Assembly: GCA_036785375.1 (NCBI GenBank)
Contig: JAWMAR010000650.1
Span: 372,001-436,000 of the forward strand
Direction of reading: 5' to 3'
Source of the DNA: Leucoraja ocellata
Lineage: Eukaryota
DNA length: 64,000 nucleotides
Shown: positions 1 to 11,774 of the stretch, piece by piece
Position numbering within the stretch: position 1 is the first letter of the stretch
Layout of the letters: the number at the start of each line of letters is the position of its first letter
Notes under the pieces: generated by a model
Database searches by the model: none
Seen by the model: the letters and a program-made list of their open reading frames with translations, nothing else
Told to the model about the DNA's origin: nothing
Program-made: the position numbers and the translations under genes

Positions 1-1312
1 CAGTTTGCGTACAGAGCAAATAGATCTACAGAGGACGCTGTAGCCACAGCTCTCCATGCTGCACTGTCTCACCTGGAGCAGCGGGGGAGCTACGTGCGGA
101 TGCTCTTTGTGGACTACAGCTCTGCTTTTAATACCATCCTTCCCCACAAACTGGTGGACAAACTGGGGGACTTGGGACTTCCACACTCCACCTGCATGTG
201 GATAAATAGCTTCCTGTCGGGTCGCAGCCAGAGAGTCAGAGTGGGCCATCATACATCCACGGCCCTCAGCCTCAGTACCGGCTCTCCACAGGGCTGCGTA
301 CTGAGCCCCCTGCTCTACACCATCTGCACACATGACTGCACCCCCGCCCACCACAGCAACACCATTGTCAAATTTGCGGATGACACTACGGTGGTGGGAC
401 TCATCTCCAGGGGGGACGAGTACGCCTACCGGGATGAGGCGGAGCAGCTGACAGTGTAGTGTGAAGAAAATAACCTGCTCCTCAACACCTTAAAGACAAA
501 GGAAATAATAATAGACTTTAGGAAGAATAAAACGGACATGGTACCATTGATTATCAGAGGGGACTGTGTGGAGAGGGTGGCGGATTTCTGCTTCCTGGGA
601 ATCCATATTGAAGAGGACCTGACGTGGAGCGTGAACACCTCTGCGCTGCTGAAAAAGGTCCAGCAGAGACTGCACTTCCTGAGGGTGCTCAGGAAGAATA
701 ACATCACTCAGAGACTGCTGCTGTCCTTTTATCGGTGCTCCATTGAGAGCATACTAACATACTGTGTATGCGTATGGTACACCAGCTGCACAGCGGCTCA
801 GAGAAAGCGCTCCAGAGGGCCATTGACAACGCCCAGAGGATTGTCGGCTGCCCTCTCCTTACCTTGGAGGAGTTACACAGTTCCCGCTGCATCAAAAATT
901 CCCAGAGTATCATAAAGGACATTTCCCACCCCGGGCACTCCCTGTTTGAACTGTTGCCGTCAGGCAGACGGTGCAGATCTACAAGGACAAGGACGAACAG
1001 ACTAAAAAACAGTTTTTACCCCACTGCTATAAAGGCACTAAATGTAGCCGCCAAGGAACGCAGGGGCGATACATACTAAGGGACTGTGGTACACTGTGAA
1101 ACCAACAGAAGGATGGAGGGTTGGGTGTTTATGCGTGCTATTTTCATGATATTTATTTTAGTTGTTTATCTTTTAATATTTTATCTTGTATGTATCGTTA
1201 GCTTTTAGAAATGTTTGAATGGTGCACTGACTGGCTGACATTTTTAAATTTTGTTGTACATGGTTCATGTTACAATGACAATAAAGAAACTATTCTATTC
1301 TATTCTATTCTT
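1..1312 (+). mobile_element. Rex1/Babar-type non-LTR retrotransposon, RT region and 3' end (cut by window edge, disrupted)
   Basis: RT motifs QFAYRANRSTEDA, MLFVDYSSAFNTI, GSPQGCVLSPLL, KFADDTTVVGLI, then HPGHSLFELLPSGRR and RLKNSFYP. In-frame TAG at 457-459 and a frameshift near 805. Ends in aataaa plus a (ctatt)n tail. Confidence 0.9.
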
Positions 1313-1460
1313 ATCCTTAAACTGTGACCCCTTGTTCTGGACTTCCCCAATATCGGGAACCATCTTCCAGCATCTAGCCTGTCCAACCCCTTAAGAATTT
1401 TGTACGTTTCTATAAGATCCCCCCTCAATCTTCTAAATTCTAGCGAGTACAAGCCAAATT
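1313..1460 (-). mobile_element. CR1 LINE 3' fragment
   Basis: Minus-strand translation LYSLEFRRLRGDLIETYKILKG...SRTRGHSL, the typical CR1 ORF2 C-terminus. Confidence 0.85.
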
Positions 1461-2394
1461 GGTCTCCCTTAGGTGTGCTCTGTGTCATTGTGTTGCACCC
1501 CATACTCTATTTGCCCTAATTGGTGTAAATCCTCACCAGATTACATTTGCAGTGTGACAGTGTTTTCCATCAACAGTATCAGGTTGAAATTGCTAGAGTG
1601 AGTCCCTTGACTCATTATCAAATTGTCTCTGATTATGTCAATATGTTAGTCAATGCACTGGTTGTCAACAAAAACTATGACAATCTGCTTGTTTGCTGCC
1701 ATTATTACTAGTGGCATAGGTTCTGCACATGTCTAATTTCTCATTGACAACATGAAGCATGATTGTACAAAGTCCTCTTTTCCGTTGTCATGTCAAATTG
1801 ATAGGGAAATTACTTAACTTGCTTCTGCAGGCTATTGATGTGGGATCTTTTGTTCTACAACTAAACATTTTTGTTATTCTGAACTAACAAAATTGTGGTA
1901 AATGATAGCAATAACAGGAGTTGATTGAATTAACCTTACCAGCATGTTGTCCTTGGACTTAGTGCTGTGTTTTGATGTTTTGTAATACAACTATATCAAC
2001 ACTTGTGGTGGATGTAATGATCAGGCATTCTTGGATGTTAATTCCTTCGCAAAACAACTAGACATAGAAATTTGTATGTTGATATTGTGTGCTCAGAAGT
2101 TTTTAGTGAATATGTTCACCTACCCATCCACAAATAAACTGAGGGTTAACCCATACTGTATAGTGAGGATGATCCTTTTAATAAAATAATGTGCTCATGA
2201 AAAAAGACATCCAACTTTTGATTCCTTGACCAAAACTTACAGCTTTTAGCCATGTCTACAGACTTTGGGTCAAAGTAATCATACAGTTTCTACACCAATT
2301 CTTGAAGTAAGGCGCCCTTCTATGGGACAGGAACTTTTATCAGTGTGTCATGTGCATTAACAGTATAGATTTTCATGTTCACATATTTAGAATC

Positions 2395-2900
2395 TAGAGT
2401 CAAGAGTATTTAATTGTCATTTCATTGTTAATGAAATTCTTACTTGCTGAGGCTTTAAAGGCACATTATTGGAGCAACACTTGAAATAAATAAACAATGA
2501 TACAATAAATTGTCAGTTATACTAGGTAACCAGACTACAGTAGTGCAAGCCAAAGTACATACTGCAACCTTACACAAAGTGCAAAGTGGTTCGCTGCTGA
2601 GATAGCGATGTGGTTAGGGTTGTGAAGTGTGGTTCAAGAGGCTGACAGTTGATGGGACAAGCTACTTTTGAACCTGGAGGTCATGGTTCTCAAGCTCCTG
2701 GATCTTTTTTCTAATAGTATTAGTGAGATGAGAGCAAGACCAGGAAAGTGTGAGTCTTTTATAACATTACCTATTGAGTCACCGAGTCAGGCCATGAAGC
2801 AACCTGCTTTCTGACATACACCTGTAGAAGCTTAATCGAGAATTTGGTCACTTGCTGAATATTTTCAAATATCTGAGGAAGTAGAGGCATTGATGAGCTA
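2395..2900 (-). mobile_element. Degraded Rex1-like LINE 3' region
   Basis: Resembles the other Rex1 3' ends in the window (e.g. 55900-56520: ctgtagaag, gtagaggcattgatgagc); heavily diverged. Confidence 0.55.
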
Positions 2901-3372
2901 TTCTTTAGGCTTTAGCCATTACTGAATTAATCCTACTAGGATACATGGCCTCTCTTTTGCAAGCTTCAGACTACAAGAAGGGAAGCATTGGGATCAGAAC
3001 CTAATCTATATCCAAAGGGGTACCGTGGAGAGAGGCCATACAATGTAGTAGAGAGTCAGAACTGGAATGAAGGGATCAGATGAAGAGATTGGCAATAATT
3101 GCTGACTATGGGGTCTATTATTATTTGTTGGGGACATGCATCACTAAGTCAAAGGCAGGTGCCTAGGGGAATGTAGGATTCTGGGTGGATTAACAATCGG
3201 ATGTGACATTCTCAGTGATTCTGGGGCTTATCAAGAGTGGTGCTGTCTCTGAATCTGCACCTTTTGCTGTCCAGCGATGAAAGGAGGATTCACTGAGTTG
3301 GGGACCAGTCAGAGCATAGCCGGTCACTAGTTTATTAACTGATCCATAGTTGGTGGGTAGTCACTGAGCCTT

Positions 3373-4715
3373 TACTTTAGAGATACAGCGTGGAACCAGG
3401 CCCTTCGACCCACGCAGACCAGCGATCACCCCATGTTAGTACACTATCCTACCCACTAGGGACAATTCTCTTACAATTTACTGAAGCCAATAATCTACAA
3501 AACCTGCACGTCTTTGGAGTGTGGGAGGAAACAGGAGCACTGTGAGAAAACCCACTGTTGCCATGTTGCAAGGACTACAGTACTTTGTTATATCACAAGG
3601 ATTACCTTGTTTGCTCGCGAAGCTACTAGTATATGTGGGAATTACATCATATGGGCAGGGCACTCTGGTTACAGATGGCCCTGAAATAAACAGAGCCTTG
3701 ATTTATGCTTAGCTTCAAACCTCTAAATGCGTGTACTTGTGGTCATTAACAACGGTATAACAGATACCGGACCACAAAGTACAACATGGTGGCAGCAGTT
3801 TGTGTGATTTAGCCCCAGAAAGAAACAGAAAAAAGAAAGCCCAGGAATGCATCTCGATAGGGCCACTACACATGGAAGTACCTGGTTGGACGTCAGCGCC
3901 GAGCTACCGACGGGACACTGCAAGTAACTGAGGGTGGTGAGTGAAGGCCCACATCACGCCCCAGCACTGTGCAGGCCCGAGTTCGGAAGGCGGAGCGACC
4001 AGACGCACACCAAGGCGCGGCGACCGGAGAGACCGAACGCTCACGGAGACGAAGCAAGACGGGAAAGGCTGCATTTTCTTCAAAACCTAAGAGCAGTGTT
4101 GAGAAAGCTGTGTATGGAAAATGGTCTTGAGATAAGCAGAAGGCTGTTTGAGATAAGCTGTACTGAAAATGGCTGTTACCAAGGAAGGCATAAGCAAGGA
4201 CCTTGGAAATCTCAAATTTAATGATGTTATGAATTCCAATTTGATAAAATGTACTGAAGTATGATTGTTTACCATAGAAACTTAAAGGACCCCCCTAAGA
4301 TTGCGCAAGCGTGTGTGGAACAGAAAAAAGAATAATTTGTGTGTGAGCCCAGACCAGCGGGAAGGGGAAGGTTGTGATATTGCAAGGACTACTTTGTTAT
4401 ATCACAAGGACTACTTTGATTGCCCACGTAGCAACATGTATATGTGTGAATGACATAATAATGGCAGGACACTCTGGTTCCAGGTGGCCGTGAAATAAAC
4501 AGAGCCTTGATTTCATTCTCAGCTATAAACCTCTAAATACGTGTACTTGTGGTCATTCCAGAGTCATAACAATGTTATAACAGATACCGGACCATGAAGT
4601 ACAACACCCACGTGGTCACAGGTGAATGTACAAACTCCGTACAGACAGCAGCTGTGGTTGGGATCGAACCTGGGTCCCTGGAGCTGTAAGGCAGCAACTC
4701 TCCCACTGCATCACT
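3373..4715 (-). mobile_element. HE1-like V-SINE, split by the LTR element at 3556-4606
   Basis: V-domain (ggagtgtgggaggaaac...cccac|gtggtcacagg...caaactccgtacagacagca), tRNA-like head near 4660-4715 and CR1-like tail near 3373-3420. Confidence 0.8.
3556..4606 (+). mobile_element. Non-coding miniature LTR retroelement (TRIM-like)
   Basis: Related LTRs 3556-3786 and 4373-4606, both TG...ACAACA. PBS TGGTGGCAGCAG at 3787 (tRNA-Leu-like). Polypurine tract gggaaggggaagg just before the 3' LTR. 5-bp TSD CCCAC at 3551-3555 and 4607-4611. Confidence 0.85.
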
Positions 4716-5273
4716 GGACTGACTGCCAGTGGTTAGATCATTCATTAGGCCCTTGGAAATGAGTGATCAATGGGTTAGAAGAGCAATGATTTGGTACCAT
4801 TGAAATGTAGGGGCAAATAGGACAGAGACAGAATTGGAAATTAACGAAAGGAAAACTAAGGATCATTCCTAATACCAAGATGAAACCTTTTAAAACATGT
4901 ATGACCTGGAGCATTAACTGTGTCTGTCTTTCCACAGTTGAAGCCTGACCTACTGAGTGTTTACCGCATTTTAAACCAAGTTGAGCTGAAAATATCCAAC
5001 TGTAGGTCTGGTTCAGAACCACACAAATGACTTTCTCTTGCTAATGCTCTAAATGTACTTAGCATGCATAATAACATCACAATATTATAACCCCATGCAA
5101 CAAACATGCTATTGATACAAGCACAAGTTGCTGAGGTACCCAATCTATTGCCATGATTTGTACCATCGTCACAATCCACCCCAGATCTGCAAACAGGTAA
5201 CGTTGACAATCAAAATTATGAGCAAATATATTTTAAAGCAATCAAATGTAGCTTTCCTGCACTAGAGGCAGAT

Positions 5274-5448
5274 TCTCCTTCTTATCGAGTCCACACACAA
5301 GATTAGAAGTTGTTCAGCCAGAGCTGAACACACTGCTCTGCATCTGTATACAATGGTGTCTGTCTTGCGTTTCTTGTGCTGCTTGTGCGTGGTGGTGGAA
5401 AGATTGGTGGAAACAGGGCCGTGACGTGAACGCTCTTTCCTTGACCCC
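5274..5448 (-). mobile_element. Short non-autonomous retroposon, family 1 (5' HDV-like fold, AAG-type tail)
   Basis: Homologous to 30323-30503 and 59010-59193 with the same 5' end (GGGGT). TSD agaggcagat / agaggtagat at 5264-5273 and 5449-5458. Confidence 0.8.
5397..5448 (-). ncRNA. Putative HDV-like ribozyme, family 1
   Basis: Minus strand GGGGTC AA GGAAAGA GCG TTCACGT CAC GGCCCT G TTTCCA CCAA TCTTTCC: 6-bp P1, perfect 7-bp P2, P3 with one mismatch, L3 TTCACGT, J4/2 CCAA. Confidence 0.6.
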
Positions 5449-5607
5449 AGAGGTAGATGATATGAGGGATGAAGCAAACTTGTCTATCATATTTCACCTA
5501 GGATTTTCAACAGAAAAGAAAAAAAAATAATTGTAATATGGCATGATAAAATGTTCATGTAATCAGTGTTCCCCAAGCCTGATGGAGTGTGCTGTTGGGA
5601 GCTTTAA

Positions 5608-6244
5608 AGGCCTGTTTCACTTAAGCAATTTTTTCTGTGACTGTCACAGTTATAGCAGGTCGCCAAAAAAGCCATGACTGGACCTCGCCCACTAAGACAA
5701 TGTCTACAACAAGCTACGACAACCTAGCATCTAGTCGACCTCAAGCTACGGCAATCTACTGACAACCGGCAACCCAATCATCGTGAATTAAGACGTCCAC
5801 CTACAACCACACCTACGACAACCTACGACCATACAGGTGACATCCTACGACAACAAAGTCAACCTACGTCCACCCGCGACAAGCTACAACAAGCAACGAC
5901 CCTGTCGGCAACAACTGAAGACAATTCAGTTGCCGGTACCTGCCGCCGGTTGACATAGGTTGACGTTGGTAGTCGCCAATGGAATTCACCAAAGTCAGCA
6001 CCTGGCGACAACCTGCATCATCCTGGCGACAACCTACGACAACGCCCACGACAGGAGAAGACAAGCTACATCAAGCCCACAGTTGCCAAAAAGTTTTGAA
6101 CATTTCAATATCCAGCAGCGACAAGTAAAAAGGTTACGACTCTTTAGGCAACTTGAGGAGACAACTCACGACCATACAGGCGTCACCAGGCAACCATGTG
6201 GCGACAGCCAGTTGCTGAAAAAATTGCCTAAGTGGGACAGGGGC
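5608..6244. mobile_element. PIF/Harbinger-like MITE
   Basis: Degenerate TIRs ggcctgtttcactt ... aagtgggacaggggc, shared with other MITEs here; internal ctacgacaac-rich repeats. Confidence 0.7.
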
Positions 6245-7162
6245 TTCACTCAGGATTTGGATATCTCACATATCGTTAGCATTTGAAATGTTAATTTAGA
6301 GGAACTAGTCACTTAAAGAAAAGTGGTTGCATTTGAGAACATCAACAGTTACTAGCATGCCCAAAATTACAAGTGTCGTAAACCAGTAGAAAGCAAAATC
6401 AGAAAGGTAGAGGATGGGGCAATAGAGAAAAGGATGAACACAAAGCTCATACACCCAGTCTCTGAATGTACTGGAGTTGCAGTGACATTCTATGTTTATG
6501 AGTTTTGCCCAATTTAAAGCACTTCAGAGCAATCGCTCTCCAGAGAACAATTGTGCAACACGGCTGGTTTGAAGTGACATTCGTCATCGGTCCTGTAAGC
6601 ATTGTTTACAGAAGTTGGAAATGTTAGAAAGCTACCAAAGGATGCAAAATATAGGATTCTTCAGTCATCAGTCATCAGACTGCAATCAGTATTCAAAAAG
6701 TTCCCCTTTCAAACCATTGCGCAGTTTCCACTGACCTATGTCAAGTCTGCACAACCTTTTACAGCTGTTTCACTGCTTAACCATACAAGCCAGCAGCCCA
6801 GTAGGACAGGTATTTAAGCTGCAATTTATGGCTGACAGCACTGGCATACTAACTTATACAACGAACCACATAAAATGCTGTCAAAGGGTATGTAGTCTGA
6901 GTGATGCATTGAACAGAATGCAAGAGGTGCACATCTCTATCTGCTTCCAATTGTGTGTGGTTATGACTTGTTTTCATTACACATGAATAAATTAGAGTTG
7001 GGCTGCAGAAAAGCGTCACTATTACAAGCTCTTGGAATGGCCCATTTGAAACAGCTTTGCACAGAACAGCTTGAAAGGAGCTGGGGCAACGTTTCCAATG
7101 GCTGAGACCTATAAATCTAATTGTGACCTTGTTCTTTTGTTCTAATCTTCTTCTCATGCATT

Positions 7163-7865
7163 TAGTTGTTTTGTTTTAGAGATACAATGCGGAAACAGGC
7201 TCTTCGGCCCACCAGGTCCGTGCCGACCAGTAATTACCCCTTCACTAACGCTATCCTATACACACTGCGGACGATTTACAATTTTCCGAAGCCAATTAAC
7301 CTACAAACCTACAGAGCTGTGGTTTGTAGAGCTACCAGTGCTGGGATCCCTTTGCCGAAGGCTGCCAGTGTGAATCTCCGCCCAGCGTGGCCTGTGGACT
7401 TCGGGTGCCGCAGACTCTGGTAGGAAGTGGCCGATTCTGAGGTCCATGCCACTGATGTTGTCCTCCCGTTCCGACGTCAGAATTCCATCATCTCGGCGAG
7501 TGGGCCTGAGCATCGGGCCGCCCTTAGCGGCGACTGCGGAGTGCTTGGGAGGCCCCGAACACAGGTGAACATCAAAGAACATCAGAGGAAGATGGCTGAA
7601 CTTTGGTGCCTTCCCTCACAGTGGGAAACTTTGATTCTGCTGTGTGGGAATGTTTTATGTTGGAGTCTATCGTGTGTTGTGTTCTTTTTTATTCTTTTTA
7701 ATTTATTTGTCACATGGTAGGAAACCGGAAACACCCGGGGAACACCCTTGCAGGTTACTGGGAGAAGGCGCAAACTCCATAGAGACAGCACCCATAGCCA
7801 GGATCGAACTTGGGTCTCTGGCGCTGTGAGGCTGCAACTCTAACGCTGCGCCACCGTGCCGCCCC
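7163..7865 (-). mobile_element. HE1-like V-SINE interrupted by a GC-rich insert (~7312-7715)
   Basis: Tail at 7163-7310 and head/V-domain at 7716-7865 (ggatcgaact..., gctgcgccaccgtgcc). Confidence 0.75.
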
Positions 7866-8594
7866 AACTTCTCCAAGTATGTAAACACACACACAAAATG
7901 CATGACCACTTATGTTTGATACTGTCACTTGGTGCCAACATTTCAGTGTTTTCCATCATGGAAGGGCAGGAACAACAACCACTCAGTGACATCGGTAAAG
8001 AAGATACAATGCATTTTCCTCCAACATTTGGAAAAATTGGTACAGATAAGCTTAGCGGAGAGCTTGGAACTAGTCACTTTAAGAAACTATCACTTAGTGA
8101 GTTTTAGTTTACTACTATAGAAATGAATAGGATTGACAAATAAAGACATAAGAGTGAGAGCCAAGTGTTTACCCAGGACCCATTATGATCCTTTGTACTT
8201 CAGAAAATATATCAGTCCAGTAAAACTGGATGACCAAAGCATGTTCCTGGTGTTTTTCTGTGAAAATACTAAGTCCAATGATCATTAGATCATGGGAACA
8301 AAGGGATAGCAGGGGGTATTTATCTGCTCCAACCTTTCAAGAGCAAAATATCCTAAGATATAGAAAATATCCTAAGATATAGAAACCAAAAGTAGGGCCC
8401 GCAGGGCAGTGGAATCAAAAACCAGTGGACATTGGCTTAAGGTGCGAGGGGAAAGATTGAATAGGGAGCTAGGGGGCAACATTCAGGTGATGATGGGTAC
8501 ATGGAATGAGCTGCCAGAGGAGGTAGTTGCGGCAGGTAATATAACAGCATTTAGTAGAGATTTTGACAAGTACATGGATAGAAAAGGTTTAGAG

Positions 8595-9086
8595 CAGGAG
8601 TCGGCAACCCTTTTCTGCATAGGGGCCAGGACCCATGTCTGCGAGCAGATGGCGGGCCACATCTATCGCCATAGTGTGACACTTCGCATTAGTTTTCACG
8701 TGTTTTTCAATTAGTTTTCTGCAGTTCCCAGGTGCCTCGCTTGCCTCACTGGCTGCAGTTCCCAGTTCAGTTTGCATTCCCAGGTTACAAGAACTGGCTG
8801 CAGTTCCCAGTTCAGTTTACATCCCCAGGATACAAGAACTGGCTGCAGTTCCCAGTTCAGTTTGCATCCCCAGGATACAAGGACTGGCTACAGTTCCCAG
8901 TTCAGTTTACATCCCCAGGATACAAGAACTGGCTGCAGTTCCCAGTTCAGTTTACATCCCCAGGATACAAGAACTGGCTGCAGTTCCCAGGTCGTAAAAT
9001 GAATTGAAAACAAATACGCCTGCGGGCCGGATGATTTCGGGTTACGGACTGCATCCGGCCCCTGAGCCTTAGGTCGCCGACCCCTG
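8595..9086. mobile_element. Non-autonomous hAT (Charlie-like) DNA transposon
   Basis: TIRs caggagtcggcaacc / ggtcgccgacccctg; exact 8-bp TSD gtttagag at 8587-8594 and 9087-9094. Confidence 0.88.
8748..8992. repeat. 45-bp minisatellite, about 5.5 copies, inside the hAT MITE
   Basis: Unit caagaactggctgcagttcccagttcagtttacatccccaggata, head-to-tail with few substitutions. Confidence 0.92.
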
Positions 9087-9099
9087 GTTTAGAGGGATA

Positions 9100-9274
9100 G
9101 ACACAAAATGCTGGAGTAACTCAGCGGGTCAGACACCATCTCTGGAGAAAGTCCAGACCCATAATGTCACCTATGCACTTTCTCCAGAGACGCTGCCTGA
9201 TGCTCTGTGTTACTCCAACATTTTGTGTCTACCGTTGCTATAAACCTTGATCTGCAGTTCCTTTTATTATATAG
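9100..9274. mobile_element. Penelope-LTR-derived fold-back mini-element
   Basis: Inverted arms acacaaaatgctggagtaactcagc...tctccagag and gcagttcc tail; flanking duplication ggtttagagggata / ggtttcgagggata. Confidence 0.75.
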
Positions 9275-10461
9275 GGTTTCGAGGGATATGGGCCAAATGC
9301 GGGTACATGAGACTAGCTTAGATGGGGCATCTTGGTCGGCACTAATGAGTTGAGCAACAGGGCTTGTTTCCATGCTGTATCACTCTATGACCATGACTCT
9401 ATGACATATGGTCCATCCAGCTTATTCTGTCATTCACTGAGATCACAGCTGATCTGTCAATTCATTCCTCAAACTTGTTTTTGTCCATTTAAAATATCCT
9501 TTAACTTAAAAAAAACTAATAATTGAGCTGCCAAAGATGCAAAATGCTTTTCTTTATCAGCTTGACATCTGAAGTCAAGCGTTGCCTTTCAAATCATTAT
9601 AGTTACTTCTGATCTGCGTGAAGCTCTCATGTAATTTTAAGGCTGTTTCGCAGCTTAACTACACAACCCACAGTTACAGCAAGACGGGGATTAAGATGCA
9701 ATTCATTACGGATAGATCCCAAATTCTACCACAACTTGCAAGCAGGTTAAATGGTAAACTTCACTCCAAAAAGGCATAATTCTATATTTTTGGACTGAAA
9801 TCTTTATCCGTGACTCAATGGAAAGCAATCGATTCTCTTTAATTTTCCAATCAGTTCGTCCAAATATCTTTAAGCTTCTGATCAAATCTCCCTTTAACAT
9901 TCAAAATTATCAGGAATACGACCCAAAGACTCTGGAATGCTTCTGCATAATTTAACCCTTGGAGCCACGTGTCATTCTAGTAAATCTATACTTCACTTCC
10001 TTCAGGGCTAAGACATCTATTAAAAATTCACTTTGTGATTTGGCTTCGGCAAGCTTGGATAAGTGGGTTTCTAAACAATTCTAAGTACGTATAATGATCG
10101 CATCCCCCTTTACAGAACCTGATTGCACATCACTAATCACATTCCGTTGTGCACCTACCTACTGCTTGCACACACTCAACCATTTCCAAATCTGATTAAT
10201 TCAGGCAAAGGGTTGAGTTGATCCCTCATCTAATCTAATTTACAAGATCTACAAATTTAGCTAAGAATTTATCGAAAACCTTGGAAATTTGCTTAAATAA
10301 CCAACTTTGATTAGTTCAACCCAGCACCACGATCCCCTCTTGATCTGTCCCAACAAACCAACTCTGACCTCTCCAACTTCTCCCTCCATGTTCCAGTGCC
10401 TTGCCCGTGGTCGTGTTCTTCCTTCTCCACTGCAAACATTCTCCATGATCTCCAATCCTTA

Positions 10462-10671
10462 AGGGCCTGTCCCACTTTCACGACCTAATTCACAACCTTG
10501 ACATACTCGCAGCACGGCCATCACGAGGTCGTAGGAGGCCGTAGGTAGGTCGTAGCAGGTCGTGATGCTAGTCGTAGGTACCCGTGGCATCAAGTAGGTC
10601 AGGGCAATTTTTCAACATGATGAAAAATGTCCATGAGTAAAAAATTAGGTTGTGAAAGTGGGATAGGCCAT
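10462..10671. mobile_element. PIF/Harbinger-like MITE
   Basis: TIR agggcctgtcccactttca / tgaaagtgggataggccat; TTA on both sides; homologous to 42667-42883. Confidence 0.8.
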
Positions 10672-11551
10672 TTAAAGCGTCAGGAGATTGTGAATGAAAG
10701 GCCTTTGGAAGCTGGAAAGTTGCTTTAAATAGATTCTACACCTCCGCTTAGGGGGTTCTTTGCATGGTTACACATTGTGCAAATTGGGCAAGACTTTCGA
10801 AGGAAGTGGTCTTCCTGACTGTTTTCTGGCCATCTTGTATGCTGGCAGAATCAATCATGTTAGATGGATAATTTCCTCCTCATAATATAACTTCCTCCCT
10901 TTATAACTTCAAGGCAAAAAATTTATATCTCTGCCTTCCAGTAGATTTCAATTAACTGCATGAGATTCTCCATAGTTATAACATTTTGCTAAACCTTAAG
11001 TTATGCCATTACATGTTTTGCAAGTCAGCGTCTTTTGCCTCAAACCCATCTGGACTTGAAGACTGAATCATATTACCACCTTCACTGACAAGATGTAATC
11101 ATGGCAAACGAAGATGGATTTCACAGGTTACAAAACAAGATCTAGGCCAGCGAATAATCATTTTCTCATGATTAATTGGCTAGCTTAATATCTTCAGTAT
11201 TAATTTTGCTGTACTTGTGTTTCTCTTGTACACTTACAGTTGACCGCTCGGATAACTCATAAATACATGTTAACAAACTTCCCATGGAACTGCAATAAAT
11301 CAATGTTAATTTAGAAAAGTTTGGCTTGGAAATTTACTGATCTATAGCTTTCTGCTATTTTCTGTAGCTACCCACATCATATTTTGCATACACTTCCTTT
11401 AATTAGAAACATAGAATCATACAGCATGGAAACAGGCCGTTCGGACCAACTTGCCAACACAGACCAAAATGCCCCATCTATACTAGCCTCACCTGCCTGC
11501 ATTAGGCCCACATCTTTCTGAACCCTTCCTATCCATGTACCTGTCCACATT

Positions 11552-11774
11552 AGACACAAAAATGTGGGGTAACTCAGCGGTTCAGACAGCATCTCTGGAG
11601 AAAAGGAATAGTGGACGTTCCGGGTCGAAACCCTTCTTCAGACCCAAAGGGTCTTCTCGACCCAAAATGTCACCTATTACTTTTCTCCAGAGATGCTATC
11701 TGACCCGCTGAGTTACTCCAGCTTTTTATGTCTATCTTTGGTTTAAACCAGCATCTGCAGTTCCTTCCTACACA
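11552..11774. mobile_element. Penelope-LTR-derived fold-back mini-element inserted in a CR1 3' end
   Basis: Inverted arms. Hammerhead-like core on minus strand ctgaagaagggtttcgacccggaacgtc (GAAA mutated to GGAA). 14-bp TSD tacctgtccacatt / tacctgtccaaatt. Confidence 0.8.

Larger units (their letters stand above)
8400..9405 (+). mobile_element. CR1 3' end with a nested hAT MITE and a Penelope fold-back element
   Basis: ESKTSGHWLKVRG..., WNELPEEVV and CR1 3' UTR, resuming after two insertions. Confidence 0.75.

Noticed and set aside
8748-8992. CRISPR-like array or repeat-protein gene
   Set aside because: Units are contiguous with no unique spacers, there are no cas genes, the context is eukaryotic, and the array lies inside a hAT MITE. 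The ORFs result from a stop-free 45-bp unit.
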